From Nannocystaceae bacterium ST9 (GTDB lineage: Bacteria; Myxococcota_A; Polyangia; Nannocystales; Nannocystaceae), in assembly GCA_048320885.1 (NCBI GenBank), contig JBLWFJ010000001.1, positions 5,569,697-5,633,696 on the forward strand: DNA of 64,000 nucleotides. The letters run 5' to 3'. The first letter of the stretch is position 1, and the number at the start of each line of letters is the position of its first letter. The notes below the pieces were generated by a model. It was not told where the DNA came from. It saw only the letters and a program-made list of their open reading frames with translations, and ran no database searches. Positions 9,001 to 16,281 of this stretch are shown piece by piece. A program made the translations under genes and the position numbers.

Positions 9001-11174
9001 GCCTCGTCGATCCGACCGGCGCGCTTGAGCAGGCGGGCGCGCTCGAGCAGCAGCGCGTCGCGATCGTCGAGCTCGGCCTCGCCGAACGCGTCGATCTCGA
9101 GCAGTCGGCCGAGGTAGTCGGCGGCCGCCATCGCGTCGCCGAGCTTGCGCTCGAGCGCGGCGCCTCGGCGAAGCAGATCGACGTCGCCGGGATCCTGATC
9201 GATCGCGATCGCCAGCTCGCGGCGGGCGAGCTCGTGGTGCTCGCGATCGTCGAGCTCGCTGGCCAGCGCGATCAGCCGCTTGCGCAGACCCTGGCGCTCG
9301 CCGGGCGCGGCCTGCTCGAGCCGCATGCGCAGCAGCGTGGTCGCGGTCGCCCGCTCGTCGATCCGCAAGGCCAGATCGATCGCCCGATCGAGCAAAGCGA
9401 GGTCGTCGGGGTCGTCGGCGATCGCCGCGGTCAGCAGCGCGAGCGCGTGGTTGAGGCCGCCGAGCTCGGAGCTCCCGTGCTCGATGAAGCCGCGCGCGAC
9501 CTGGGCGCGAAGATCGGCGCGGCGCCGCGGGTTGCGGGTGTGCTCGAGCGCCTCTTCGAGCGCCTCGAGCACGTGCGGCACGGTGGTCAACGATCGTCGC
9601 TCGCGGGCCAGCTCGGCCACGCGCGCGCGGGCCAGCACGACCAAGGCCTCGGGCAGCAGCGCCGACAGCATGCCATGCAGCGCCCGCGCGGCCGCTTCGT
9701 CGGGATCGCTGCGCTCGGACACGCGGGCGATCGCTCGGCGATCGCGACTGCTGGCCAGCTGCTCGCGCAGGCGCTGCGTCAGCGGACCGATGATCGCCAG
9801 CGCGCTGCGAGCATCGTCGAGTCGATCGATCAGCAAGCTCGCGACCGCGAGCTCGAGTCGGGCCTGCACGCCGGGCGGATGCGGCTGGCGGCAGTCGGCC
9901 GCGAGCAGGCGCGCGAGGTCTTGCGCGCGACCCTCGGCGGCCAGCAAGATCGCCAGCAGCCGTCGCGGCTCGCGGGCGCTCGGCTGGAGATCCAGCCACT
10001 CGCGGACCGCCTGCAGGGCCTCGCCGCGATCGAGGAAGCGAGCCAGGTCGACGCGCCAGCGGACCAGCGCCAGGTGGGCGGCGGGGAACGACTCGAGCGT
10101 GTGCGAGAGCCCAGCCAGCTCGCGCAGCGCGGGCCCCAGCGCCTCGCTCGGGCTCGGCGTCGAGTTCATCAGCCGCAGCAGCTCGCGGGCGCGGTCGAGT
10201 CCGCGGGCGATCGGTTCGTCGAGCAGCCCGGGCTCGCCCGGCAACGAAGCGACGGCAGCGAGCGCGTCCTCGCTGGGCTGTGCCGGCCATGCCGGGTCGG
10301 CGACTTCGTGTTCGCCAGGCTCGAACTCGGTCAGCGGCCCGCGCAGTTCGAAGGTCGCGCCACGCCGACTCAGGGCCAGCTCGGTGACCACGCAACCCTC
10401 GAGGTTCGGCGCCTTCCAGCCGACCGACGCGAACGCGCGGGTCATCGCCAGCCGAGCCGGGTCGATCGTCAGCGTGCCTTCGTCGCCGGCGACCACGGCC
10501 TCGCGCAGCCCGGCGATTCGACCGGCGGCCAGCCGCTTGGCGATCGCTCGCCAGAGTCGGCGGGCCGAGGTGTCGCGACCTTCGCGATCGATCGACGCCG
10601 TGCGAGCGCGGCCCTCGTCGTGCTCGTCGGCGTGCACGAGCGCGGCCGGCAGATCGCCGATCAACCACAGTCGACAAGGGCGCAGCGCGAGCCGGCGCTG
10701 CTCCGGCAGCAGATCGAACGCGACCAGCAGCCAGACCTGCTTGCCGGTCGTGGTCTCGCCGCCGATCATCAAGCATGGCCGCGGCCGCTCGGCCTCGGGC
10801 AGCTCGCGGCGCAGATCGATCTCGACCTCGCGGATCCGCAGGCCGAGCAGCGACTGATCGATCAGCCGTTCGCTCAGCCAGGGCAGCAGCGCGCGGTCTT
10901 CGATCACCAGCGTCGCGCGAACCACTCGGCAGCGACGCTTGCGAAACTTGGTCGCCGTCAGCGGCCCACGCAGCGGCATGCGGACGCCGGGGATCAGCGC
11001 CTCGTACTCGCGCAGCCGCACGCCCGGCGCGAGCGTGCGACGGACCAGGGCCAGCAGCGCTCGCCGCTCGCGAAACAGCAACGAAAACCCGAGCACGTTG
11101 CCGACACCGGGACCTTGTCCCGGAGCGTCGGCCGTGGGCTGCTCATCGTCGTGGTTCGGAGGCTCGACGCTCAC
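1..11174 (-). CDS. Giant (>=3,700 aa) alpha-helical/TPR-like repeat protein, 3' end beyond window start; N-terminal ~270 aa non-repeat domain then thousands of residues of A/L/R/E/D-rich helical repeats
   Basis: The + frame 0 ORFs (69..5789, 6177..11282) use rare codons (CAA, CGA, GTA, GAT, GAA, CAT, CTT, GTT) whose complements are the preferred codons of this genome (TTG, TCG, TAC, ATC, TTC, ATG, AAG, AAC). The in-register minus frame is therefore the real one. That frame has no reported ORF because it never hits a stop before position 1 (edge-truncated ORFs are absent from the track; compare the unlisted HlyD gene at 62995..64000). Hand translation of the minus frame from 11174 downward gives a plausible protein with ideal GC3. 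Start uncertain: GTG at 11172-11174, alternatively GTG near 11292-11294. Confidence 0.6.
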   Translation of the reverse strand, partial: MSVEPPNHDDEQPTADAPGQGPGVGNVLGFSLLFRERRALLALVRRTLAPGVRLREYEALIPGVRMPLRGPLTATKFRKRRCRVVRATLVIEDRALLPWLSERLIDQSLLGLRIREVEIDLRRELPEAERPRPCLMIGGETTTGKQVWLLVAFDLLPEQRRLALRPCRLWLIGDLPAALVHADEHDEGRARTASIDREGRDTSARRLWRAIAKRLAAGRIAGLREAVVAGDEGTLTIDPARLAMTRAFASVGWKAPNLEGCVVTELALSRRGATFELRGPLTEFEPGEHEVADPAWPAQPSEDALAAVASLPGEPGLLDEPIARGLDRARELLRLMNSTPSPSEALGPALRELAGLSHTLESFPAAHLALVRWRVDLARFLDRGEALQAVREWLDLQPSAREPRRLLAILLAAEGRAQDLARLLAADCRQPHPPGVQARLELAVASLLIDRLDDARSALAIIGPLTQRLREQLASSRDRRAIARVSERSDPDEAAARALHGMLSALLPEALVVLARARVAELARERRSLTTVPHVLEALEEALEHTRNPRRRADLRAQVARGFIEHGSSELGGLNHALALLTAAIADDPDDLALLDRAIDLALRIDERATATTLLRMRLEQAAPGERQGLRKRLIALASELDDREHHELARRELAIAIDQDPGDVDLLRRGAALERKLGDAMAAADYLGRLLEIDAFGEAELDDRDALLLERARLLKRAGRIDEAWESLRSVAGAIPTSGESLDRGTLGERASKRAWVLDVLEAALELAPPTDRARILDLLIVHARGQRRGEALVERAAQALRIHERLADLWAAVDELDRPEKILAQIEQLLDDEDREGLARLAKAAVRLRERATELHARARLGRTLLARGELAEASEQLERALLLAPDRLELRAALADCYERLARPEHAIPQLQALLDDDARATPSERGQLSLRLARLLREVGELEQAADLLATCERELAQADPELVDPALREAIAEQTFVALRELAEDARALAIALEHASGLLGRDDADERLGAWLARAARVLDEAGVERLDQLDQPVDGLPSTRIELLERAVELRPEDLALADELEQALRERGEIERLELHLRGQIERRADPALRAELLERLIGVVEQDEALDRRRDELAELLEDLLVLRPEHTTALLILGNLRDEQGDHEQARQLWTVAGERLDADDPRFLRPALALARHALDTSEPELAHGLVERALRLDPSHRDALALLAEVAQDIDDPTLASEAVAAQLALLDAGESDEHRATLELARARALTRLFEREGDPNQGRAALDSFARAERLSPGLVRSREREAGNRAWLRVGLALDDLAAQARARAVLRETPGVELELDERLAEIDLLARALDRPGQAIERLEALLGAPTIEPRAIAALRELLASRRATGEWTELATRAARSLRVALGDRSRAREGDAAAMLTIELGRALEDPATVAFGLDQLEPERVERGELAELREWAIRRLGRVQEEQASVEARLLAPGLASARREGLVARLLALHDEDRRASASRLLALAEQAEREVAASLADAALELLSPHGIATIELALDALTLLARHGARERLLARWPALEQVIAAEGEIATLERLLALAGELEHAELRERTDALLRERLIANPSDARLIRALWLRCAAEQLVVDDAQPHAATIARAAAWLNALIRERSLPAASTGALFEALAQHVVEVVDEPAALGLLREQAEARLDDPPALAELIARLQARRRWPELLGLLGKASERGLELAAGVEPWLRIAGSAADDRDVESEVRARARAGSLLLRDAGLGDDPQSVDAELAKRAIAELRRAIELAPRRADLRWRLGRAQAVLHAFVPDPSLARDALACLLPLWDEQRWSEAGVEAAELALRCGELASELGDHLRARELLSAAHARVPVELRERTSALLFASLVALERDDEAVQLASARAAELEDVEAQVMWLRAAAERASGPREVELLGRAHELAPEDESLLVELELRLRELDDRPALEQLGQERLDRFRGRARAQTGLDLDELDPSTLDEPLRSGWIAALRARIALLHDRAPTPARDGEDESELDDRLDALIPLHEELLRLDPSDVDALMTLAGQRLRHAELHEALRLWALAEPGLRDDDPRLFEVAKRLAEQRLQPAPGRHEAAELLDAHRLLERALLLRPDDPEALARRHALACMLDDPSKVLIAARALLDHPTGLDHHQLAELEGDVARAQALLGQPLEAIAAFERAVASTEPGSERHRELAQRWLDLLAHPQLADADPSLRARRELAARTELRLALGTELSGEQTLREAELSIELGELDPALGLLEGLLIQSSGEALGASELRGRVRARLERLAGDDQGRHRDRVLRSQRRVVDALPPGRERDELARELALSARAAEAARTTLDALDRLSGQAAAEPELLDLRVWAVRKLDRVEDELADLERMLGEASDAAGDPVLLDRLLRLLEHDIEACAARLIDLAGSAGLHVHGRRRVWLLDSALELLHSHAPDRLALGVRALAGLLELVGDPALAIELDPDERSARERVATLRRQWQQFAASALEQASRDRRALERVGELVAAADRAAIAELPGFSELGEMLLDRASVDFPDHPGLHALARRRLPGGELRLALERLDRLAANHRIDARNQARLLLGLVGTLELADQPAFLRELAARHVGEPAIFAALREALRKLGAFSELVELIELGGGEVEPERWLELADDAAAAERSDIEAEARGRAGTSLLARVLADERDTGALTDTSLRRAVEQLARARALRPDDRTIQLSYGRALERAGRAAAALEQLAPLLEVLQAELAQIEATEPEPELEGSLHAQLGSLARRCGLLALEIGERERAVEFLDLARHRLRQLKSRLTVAERLHKLLIELGRASQDPRWSQRAAGLAREIAETLAGSEDSLPWLERAARLAGDERERAELYARAHALRPDDDRLADAYEASLRALDDRPRLQQVLRARIHAGLHAGDRARTVAQLERLLALLGKPTAETDDRVAAIRERAALLEQLLRLAPERLEARLELAELRLAEGDREAALGHWRQLAERLPADDPRFLIPARELARFALEADELDQARRWLERALAIDPNDAGALTGLVDLGRRTNDAPLLLRASETLLAHPSAGAAIERAELLRQRASAFERLERPEEALVAIRQAAREAEPMSRLHVEVAEQWLRLVTREGKRVLLRENEDAAQAQGEAEAREQLRLALDERLPARAYVAEAELLATRLDRRADGFELLRAGLRRHPNELDLLAALEDLCASAGEQGRFVALLASLLTEQSANPPAEPPLRMIEKLARAARAIDDPHTCLRALEALPAELAERSELLELRDWAVRGLGRVDEELAEIDRRILALDQQAAADRLQALVGRMLRLLGEAGEPCAERLLGLIDRIDEPREPELARALARSALRVAREYAPERLPVAIAALRATLTHDSVKAVAAWWSGVESLALDAGALAPIVELLGLAYVAEREGGLAYRSRADRLALAAARIDPGDPSLHATLIERLAHEHAELGALIDRLCERLDELARELDLHESALARLWSAGLAALERRIGDATRQAPASSRIAAILRERTERALADREAFSGLLGLLRERGRWAEVLDLALQAGARIGGLSSTVLDEIAEQAGLAHDDATRLRARVELGLRLRADREPGLAADAFADARSLAPDRIDLQYRLGDALAEAGRSEPALEQLLPLLDPLLDPLLDPLLDHPRLDELPGLVGAPAHEADRVALTRRCAELLHASGQRERATSLLDRALAACPIGDARR
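177..224 (-). repeat. Perfect 4x tandem 12-bp repeat (atcgagcagcgg)4 inside the giant gene; encodes (LLDP)4 in the minus coding frame
   Basis: Read directly in sequence at 177-224; in-frame with the giant minus-strand CDS. Confidence 0.8.
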
Positions 11175-11407
11175 CGGAAATTCGCTGCCCGAGGGTCGCG
11201 CGGGCCGCTGAGTATAGCGACAAAACCGAGCGCCGGGTCGATCCGGGCGGTCGGTCTGGAAGCCCGATCGGGAGCCCCGTGAGACGAGCGGCACGGCGCA
11301 CGTGTACAGGTCGGTTCGCCCCGCCCCGCGCTCTGCGGGATCGAGCGCGATCCGGACGACGCGCGAAACACCGGATCGCCGCCCCGCGTATGCTCGTCGG
11401 GCCACCC

Positions 11408-12523
11408 ATGAGGACACTCGGAAGCCACGCGAAGGGTCTGCGCCTCGAACGGATGAAGGCCTCGCCCTCGTGGGTCGAGGGCAGCTTTCGCAACATCCAC
11501 CCGATGCTGCCCAACCTGCGCAGCGGTGTGATGCCCAGCGTCGGCGAGTTCTTCCGCGGCGGCGGCCGGCGAGTCCCCGACGCGCCGCTGCCCTCGCTCG
11601 ATCCCCGCGAGGCCTGGGCGCGGCCGATCGACACCGGCCTGCGCGCGACTTGGCTGGGCCACTCGACCGTGCTGATCGAGATCGACGGCGCGCGGGTGCT
11701 GACCGATCCGGTCTGGGGCGAGCGCGTCTCACCGCTCGGCTTCGTCGGACCCAAGCGCTTCCAGCCGGTGCCGATCGCGATCTCGGCCCTGCCCGAGCTC
11801 GACGCCGTGATCGTCTCGCACGATCACTACGACCACCTCGACTACCCGACCATCCGCCAACTCGCCGACGCCGAGGTCCCCTTCGTGACCTCGCTGGGCG
11901 TCGGCGCCCACCTCGAGGCTTGGGGCGTCGCCAGCGAGCGAATCTTCGAGCTCGACTGGTGGGAGACCTGGCAGCACCCGCGCAAGGACCTGACCATCAC
12001 CGCCGCGCCCTCGCAGCACTTCTCGGGCCGCACGCCGGGCAAGCGCAACAGCACGCTGTGGTCCTCGTTCGTCACTCGCGGCTCTCGCCACGCCGCGTTC
12101 TTCAGCGGCGACACCGGCCTGACCACGCAGTACGCCGAGATCCGGGCCAAGCTCGGTCCCTTCGACCTGATCATGCTCGAGGTCGGCGCCCACCACCCCG
12201 CCTGGGGCGACATCCACCTCGGCCCCGACAACGCGCTCGCGGCCCTCGATCTGCTCGGCGGCGGCGCGTTCTTGCCGGTCCACTGGGGGACCTTCAGCCT
12301 GGCGATCCACGAGTGGGACCAACCGGTCGAGCGCCTGCTCGAGCTGAGCCCACGGGCGGGCGTGCAGTTGGTGTTGCCGCGGATCGGCGAGGTCGTCGAG
12401 CCGGCGCGGGTCGAGTCGGTCGACATCTGGTGGCGGGCGGGGGGGATCCGCGAGCCTTCGGTTCGGGAGGTCGAGACGCCGAGCGACGCCGACGCGCAGA
12501 CGGTCGAGTGGCCGATCGATTGA
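11408..12523 (+). CDS. MBL-fold metallo-hydrolase (HxHxDH motif 'HDHYDH'; NAPE-PLD/Zn-dependent hydrolase-like)
   Basis: Real portion of ORF 10775..12523; ATG at 11408 (alt ATG 11390); strong GC3 codon bias; metallo-beta-lactamase motifs. Divergent from the giant gene. Confidence 0.85.
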   Translation: MRTLGSHAKGLRLERMKASPSWVEGSFRNIHPMLPNLRSGVMPSVGEFFRGGGRRVPDAPLPSLDPREAWARPIDTGLRATWLGHSTVLIEIDGARVLTDPVWGERVSPLGFVGPKRFQPVPIAISALPELDAVIVSHDHYDHLDYPTIRQLADAEVPFVTSLGVGAHLEAWGVASERIFELDWWETWQHPRKDLTITAAPSQHFSGRTPGKRNSTLWSSFVTRGSRHAAFFSGDTGLTTQYAEIRAKLGPFDLIMLEVGAHHPAWGDIHLGPDNALAALDLLGGGAFLPVHWGTFSLAIHEWDQPVERLLELSPRAGVQLVLPRIGEVVEPARVESVDIWWRAGGIREPSVREVETPSDADAQTVEWPID

Positions 12524-12539
12524 TTCGTCGAGCGTCGAT

Positions 12540-13187
12540 TCACGTGTCCCGAGAGCTCGGTGAAACGAGATCGTCGATATCGAAGTTGGTTCGGACTTCG
12601 ATTTTTGCCTGGTCATAGACGGCCGCGAGGTGCTTCCGCGTATTGTTGCGAACGATGGGCGAGAGATCCAGATCTGCCGTGCAGAACAAACGCAGGTGTT
12701 CCGGCGCCAACTCGGTGGCGCGGACGAGTACGGCGGCGAGAATGGTCTCGTCGAAGGGCTTGAGTCCGGGATCCGGGACTTCCGTACGCAGCGAGATCGA
12801 ACGATTCAGCATCGCCTCGTCGAGAGCGAAGACGTTCATGCCTCTCGAGTTGGCGACCTCGGCAATTCGATCATCCAAATGAGCGAGTTCCATGGCCACG
12901 GTGTTCGAGAATCGGGTCAGGAAATCATTGGCGGCCGCCGACTCACGTGAGTCGATTTGTCCGTGCTCCACTGCCCATTTGCGAAATTGCTGGAGAATTG
13001 CCTGTTCCTTTGGCTGGTATTTTCGTAGGATGACGGACTTCGCCTCGCGCAAGGCGATGCTCGGAACATGCATCGAAATCTCGCCCCTCGCCGCGCGGTC
13101 GAGCAAGGCCAGCGCGGAAGGGGACCGACGGAATGCGGGAGCGCAGACGTCCACGACCCAGTTCGACTCGACGAACACGTGGATCAT
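12540..13187 (-). CDS. Hypothetical 215-aa protein, PIN-like N-terminus (MIHVFVESNWVVD...), low-GC foreign gene
   Basis: ORF 12540..13187; ~58% GC with A/T-ending codons (aaa, gaa, att, ttt, aat), atypical for this genome. Start ATG overlaps the upstream gene's stop (ATGA). Confidence 0.6.
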   Translation of the reverse strand: MIHVFVESNWVVDVCAPAFRRSPSALALLDRAARGEISMHVPSIALREAKSVILRKYQPKEQAILQQFRKWAVEHGQIDSRESAAANDFLTRFSNTVAMELAHLDDRIAEVANSRGMNVFALDEAMLNRSISLRTEVPDPGLKPFDETILAAVLVRATELAPEHLRLFCTADLDLSPIVRNNTRKHLAAVYDQAKIEVRTNFDIDDLVSPSSRDT

Positions 13188-13621
13188 CAGTGCTCCGCGA
13201 CCACTCGTCCATCGGCGACGGCGGGGAGGACATAGCGAGCGACGTCCCAGCGAACTTCTTCATTGAGGTTGTCGGATGAACCCGACGTGAGCGATTCGAG
13301 CCAGCGCTCGACGATCGATTGAAACTCGCGTTCGTCTTCGGGAACATTGGCAATCCCGAGCAGCGTCGCGGTCGGATAGATGCCGGTTTCGCGGATCGAG
13401 TCTTCGCCCTCGTAGGTGTCACGCAACAACCAGGTCAGTTCGGGCGTGAAGATCAGTCCGATGGGGCAGTTGCTGGCCAGCATGTAGGACTTCATCTGCG
13501 CGAGCGCGCCGGCGCGATCGAAACCACGGCGCTTCAGCTCCACCACGAGCCGTCGCTCCGGGAGATCGGGAGCGAACACGGTGAAGTCGGCGGAGGGACC
13601 GGAGCGCGACATGGTGAGCAT
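13187..13621 (-). CDS. Small (144 aa) PD-(D/E)xK nuclease-fold protein (type I restriction enzyme HsdR N-terminal-like; motif PDL...VELK)
   Basis: Real 3' portion of ORF 13187..14566 starting at MLTMSRSG; PD-x(n)-ExK motif 'APDLPERRLVVELK'; lower GC; translationally coupled (ATGA) to the downstream PIN-like gene. Confidence 0.6.
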   Translation of the reverse strand: MLTMSRSGPSADFTVFAPDLPERRLVVELKRRGFDRAGALAQMKSYMLASNCPIGLIFTPELTWLLRDTYEGEDSIRETGIYPTATLLGIANVPEDEREFQSIVERWLESLTSGSSDNLNEEVRWDVARYVLPAVADGRVVAEH

Positions 13622-13677
13622 GCTAGCACGAGCGCGCTGCGTGGTGCTCGCCTGCCAGTGTTCGGCGAACAACGGCT

Positions 13678-14964
13678 TCACGCCGTCGCGACCGGCCGCT
13701 TCTCCGCCCGCATCAACCACCCGATCAACGGCGTCGCCATGAACGTACTGACCAAGGCCATGATCACCAGCATCGTGAACATGTCCCGCGGCACCACGCC
13801 CATGTCGTAGCCGATGTTGATCACGATCAGCTCCATCAGCGCGCGCGTGTTCATGCACACCCCGATCGTCAGCGCGCTGCGGTTGGTCTCGCCGACCGCC
13901 TTGGCGGCCAGGAACGCCCCGCCGAATTTCGACCCGAACGCCACGCAGATCACCAGGGCACACACCGCCAGCCCCCACCAGCCGTCGAGCGTGCCGATGT
14001 CGGTGCGCAGGCCGGTGTAGGCGAAGAACACCGGGAGCAGCAGCATCATCACCAGCGGCGAGACCCGCTCTTTCCACAGCGCGACGAACTTGCGGTCGTC
14101 GTGCAGGGCGATGCCGATCACGAAGCCGCCGATGATCGCGAACACGCCCAGCGAGCTGGTGATCGAGGCCGAGGCGAAGAGCACGATCAGCAGGACCGCG
14201 ATGGTCGGCAGGCCGAGCCCGCCGCGCCGGACGAGCTCGCGGGCGATGTACTTCTTGAGCAGCGGGCGGGCGATGAAGAACACGCCCACCACGTAGGCGC
14301 CGATCAGCCCGATTCGCTCGAGCGCCCACACGAAGGTGAATTGCTCGGCGACGATCAGGCTGACCGAGCCCAGCAGCAGCCAGCCGATCACGTCGTCGAT
14401 CGCCGCCGAGCCGATCACCAGCGCCGCGGTCCGGGTGTGCGAGAGGCCCAATTCCATGAAGATCCGGCCGAGGATCGGGATCGCGGTGATCGACATGGCG
14501 ACGGCGAAGAAGAGCCGAAACCCGAGCAACGAAGGCCGCGGATCGGCGAGCTGCTCGTGAAACCATGGCGCGGTGAAGTAGCCGGCCAAGAAGGGCAACA
14601 GCAGGCCGGCCAGGCTGACCGCGACGACCGAGACCTTGCGCTGGCCGAGCTGCTCGCCGAACTCGAATTCCAGACCGATCTGGAACATCAGCAAGATCAG
14701 CCCGATCTGCGCGATGCCGACGAAGATGGTCGAGGTCGAGGGATGAAAGATCTGGGTCGAGAGCTCGGGGAAGAGCAGGCCGAGCGCCGAGGGTCCGAGC
14801 AGCAAGCCGGCGAGGATCTCGCCCGACACGTCGGTCTGGCCGAGCCGCCGGACGAGCACCGTGACGATCCGTGTGGCCAGCAAGATGACCAGCAATTGGA
14901 TCAACAGGTGGAGGACCAACTCCTCCGTCTTCGAACCGACCGCGGTCGTGACTTCGGCGAGCAT
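13678..14964 (-). CDS. Cation:proton antiporter (CPA2/Kef/NhaP-type monovalent cation:H+ exchanger)
   Basis: ORF 13678..14985; multi-TM protein with typical CPA2 N-terminus (...LLIQLLVILLATRIV...GEILAGLLLGPS); start likely Met at 14964. Confidence 0.85.
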   Translation of the reverse strand: MLAEVTTAVGSKTEELVLHLLIQLLVILLATRIVTVLVRRLGQTDVSGEILAGLLLGPSALGLLFPELSTQIFHPSTSTIFVGIAQIGLILLMFQIGLEFEFGEQLGQRKVSVVAVSLAGLLLPFLAGYFTAPWFHEQLADPRPSLLGFRLFFAVAMSITAIPILGRIFMELGLSHTRTAALVIGSAAIDDVIGWLLLGSVSLIVAEQFTFVWALERIGLIGAYVVGVFFIARPLLKKYIARELVRRGGLGLPTIAVLLIVLFASASITSSLGVFAIIGGFVIGIALHDDRKFVALWKERVSPLVMMLLLPVFFAYTGLRTDIGTLDGWWGLAVCALVICVAFGSKFGGAFLAAKAVGETNRSALTIGVCMNTRALMELIVINIGYDMGVVPRDMFTMLVIMALVSTFMATPLIGWLMRAEKRPVATA

Positions 14965-15025
14965 GCGAGCATCGTCCCTTCGCACTCCTGGCGACGCAAG
15001 GGTTGCGTGCGTGCGAACGAGTGGA

Positions 15026-16222
15026 TCAGAAGTCCGCGACGATCACACCGATGTAGGGCGGCGGCGCCAACAAGCTGCCGCCCACGGCGAAGCGCGGGCC
15101 GCCCGAGAACCCGAACACCGCGTGCAGCACCATCGGCGTCGGGCTGTCCTCCTCGATCACTTCGTAGCCGCCCGGCATCACCGAGAGGATCGTTCCCGCG
15201 ATCCCGACCGCGGTGATCGGCCCGGCTGGATCGACCCACATGCCGTTGAGGCCCGGGGTCGTCAGCGTCTGCCCGATCCAGGTCTCGGTCTCGCTCTCGA
15301 GCCGAGCGATGTGGCCGTTCGCGCGCCCACCGGCCGCGACGATGCCCTCGCTCGGCGTGCCCCACAGGCTGATCAGATCGACCGCGGCCGCGCTCGGATG
15401 AGCGGTCCAGCTCGCTCCGTCCCAGTGCAGCGTCGCGCCGCGATCACCGACGGCCCACACGTCGCTCGCGCTCGTCCCCCAGATCTTGAACAGCCCGTGC
15501 GAGACCACGCCGAGCTCGGGCAGCTCGACCAGCGACCAGCTCTCGCTCGCGCCATCGCGACGCAGCAGCACCGGCACGTCGGAGGTCCCGTCGCCACCGA
15601 CCGCCCACAGCTCGTCCTCGCTCGCGCCCCACAGGCCCCACAAGATCGTGTCGGTCGGGCTGACCTCGCTCGACCAGCCCTCGCCGTCGCGGACCAGGAT
15701 CGCGCCCGCTCGCCCGACCGCCCACACCCGGCCGTCCACGCCGTAGACCCAGTCGAGCATCGGCGTGCCGGGTGGCAGCGACTCGGGGATCCAGTCGATC
15801 CCGTCGAAGCGCAAGGCCGTGCCGGTGTTGGGTTGGATCTGTCCGCCGACCGCATGAACCTGGTCGGGGCTCGAACCCCACACGCTCATCATCGCGCCGC
15901 CGCGCTCGTCGAGCTGCTGAACCACCTGCCAGCCCGGATCGCCTCCGCTGTCGGTGGTCTCCGATTCGTCGCCGGTCTGCGTGCTGGTGTCGGTGTCGCT
16001 CGCCTGACCATCCGAGCTGGTGTCGCTCTCGCCCTGACCCTCGGTACTGGATTCGCCGCTTTCGCTCTCCGATCGATCATCGCTGGACGTCGCGGCGTCG
16101 CTGGTCGGCGCGACCTCGCTCGTCGAATCGCTGGTCTGCGCGTCATCGCTCGTCGCGGACGCGGCATTCGTGCACCCACACGCGAGCAGGGTCGAGAGGA
16201 CGGCTCGAAATTGCGGCGACAC
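15026..16222 (-). CDS. Lipoprotein with Ser/Thr/Asp/Glu-rich acidic linker and beta-propeller-like domain (repeated W-A-V-G motifs; Ycf48/BNR-like)
   Basis: ORF 15026..16312; GTG start at 16222 gives signal peptide MSPQFRAVLSTLLAC (lipobox LLAC); low-complexity linker then repeats 'VWAVGxxGxxLxxDGxxW'. Confidence 0.7.
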   Translation of the reverse strand: MSPQFRAVLSTLLACGCTNAASATSDDAQTSDSTSEVAPTSDAATSSDDRSESESGESSTEGQGESDTSSDGQASDTDTSTQTGDESETTDSGGDPGWQVVQQLDERGGAMMSVWGSSPDQVHAVGGQIQPNTGTALRFDGIDWIPESLPPGTPMLDWVYGVDGRVWAVGRAGAILVRDGEGWSSEVSPTDTILWGLWGASEDELWAVGGDGTSDVPVLLRRDGASESWSLVELPELGVVSHGLFKIWGTSASDVWAVGDRGATLHWDGASWTAHPSAAAVDLISLWGTPSEGIVAAGGRANGHIARLESETETWIGQTLTTPGLNGMWVDPAGPITAVGIAGTILSVMPGGYEVIEEDSPTPMVLHAVFGFSGGPRFAVGGSLLAPPPYIGVIVADF

Positions 16223-16281
16223 GTGCTCGCAGGATAGCGAGCATGCTGGCGAGCGGCGAGCGAAACGTGGATGCTGACGCC

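Noticed and set aside
2620-10776. Minus-strand ORFs 2620..7698 (1692 aa) and 7720..10776 (1018 aa), Arg/Ala/Pro/Gly-rich
   Set aside because: Out-of-frame (frame 1) relative to the true minus-frame-0 gene; composition typical of wrong-frame translation of high-GC DNA
69-11282. Two huge + strand ORFs (69..5789, 1906 aa; 6177..11282, 1701 aa) rich in Q/E/L/R/A
   Set aside because: Mirror images of the real minus-strand giant gene: they use the genome's rare codons (CAA, CGA, GTA, GAT, GAA), have almost no I/F/Y/W/M/K, and the in-register minus frame has perfect codon bias
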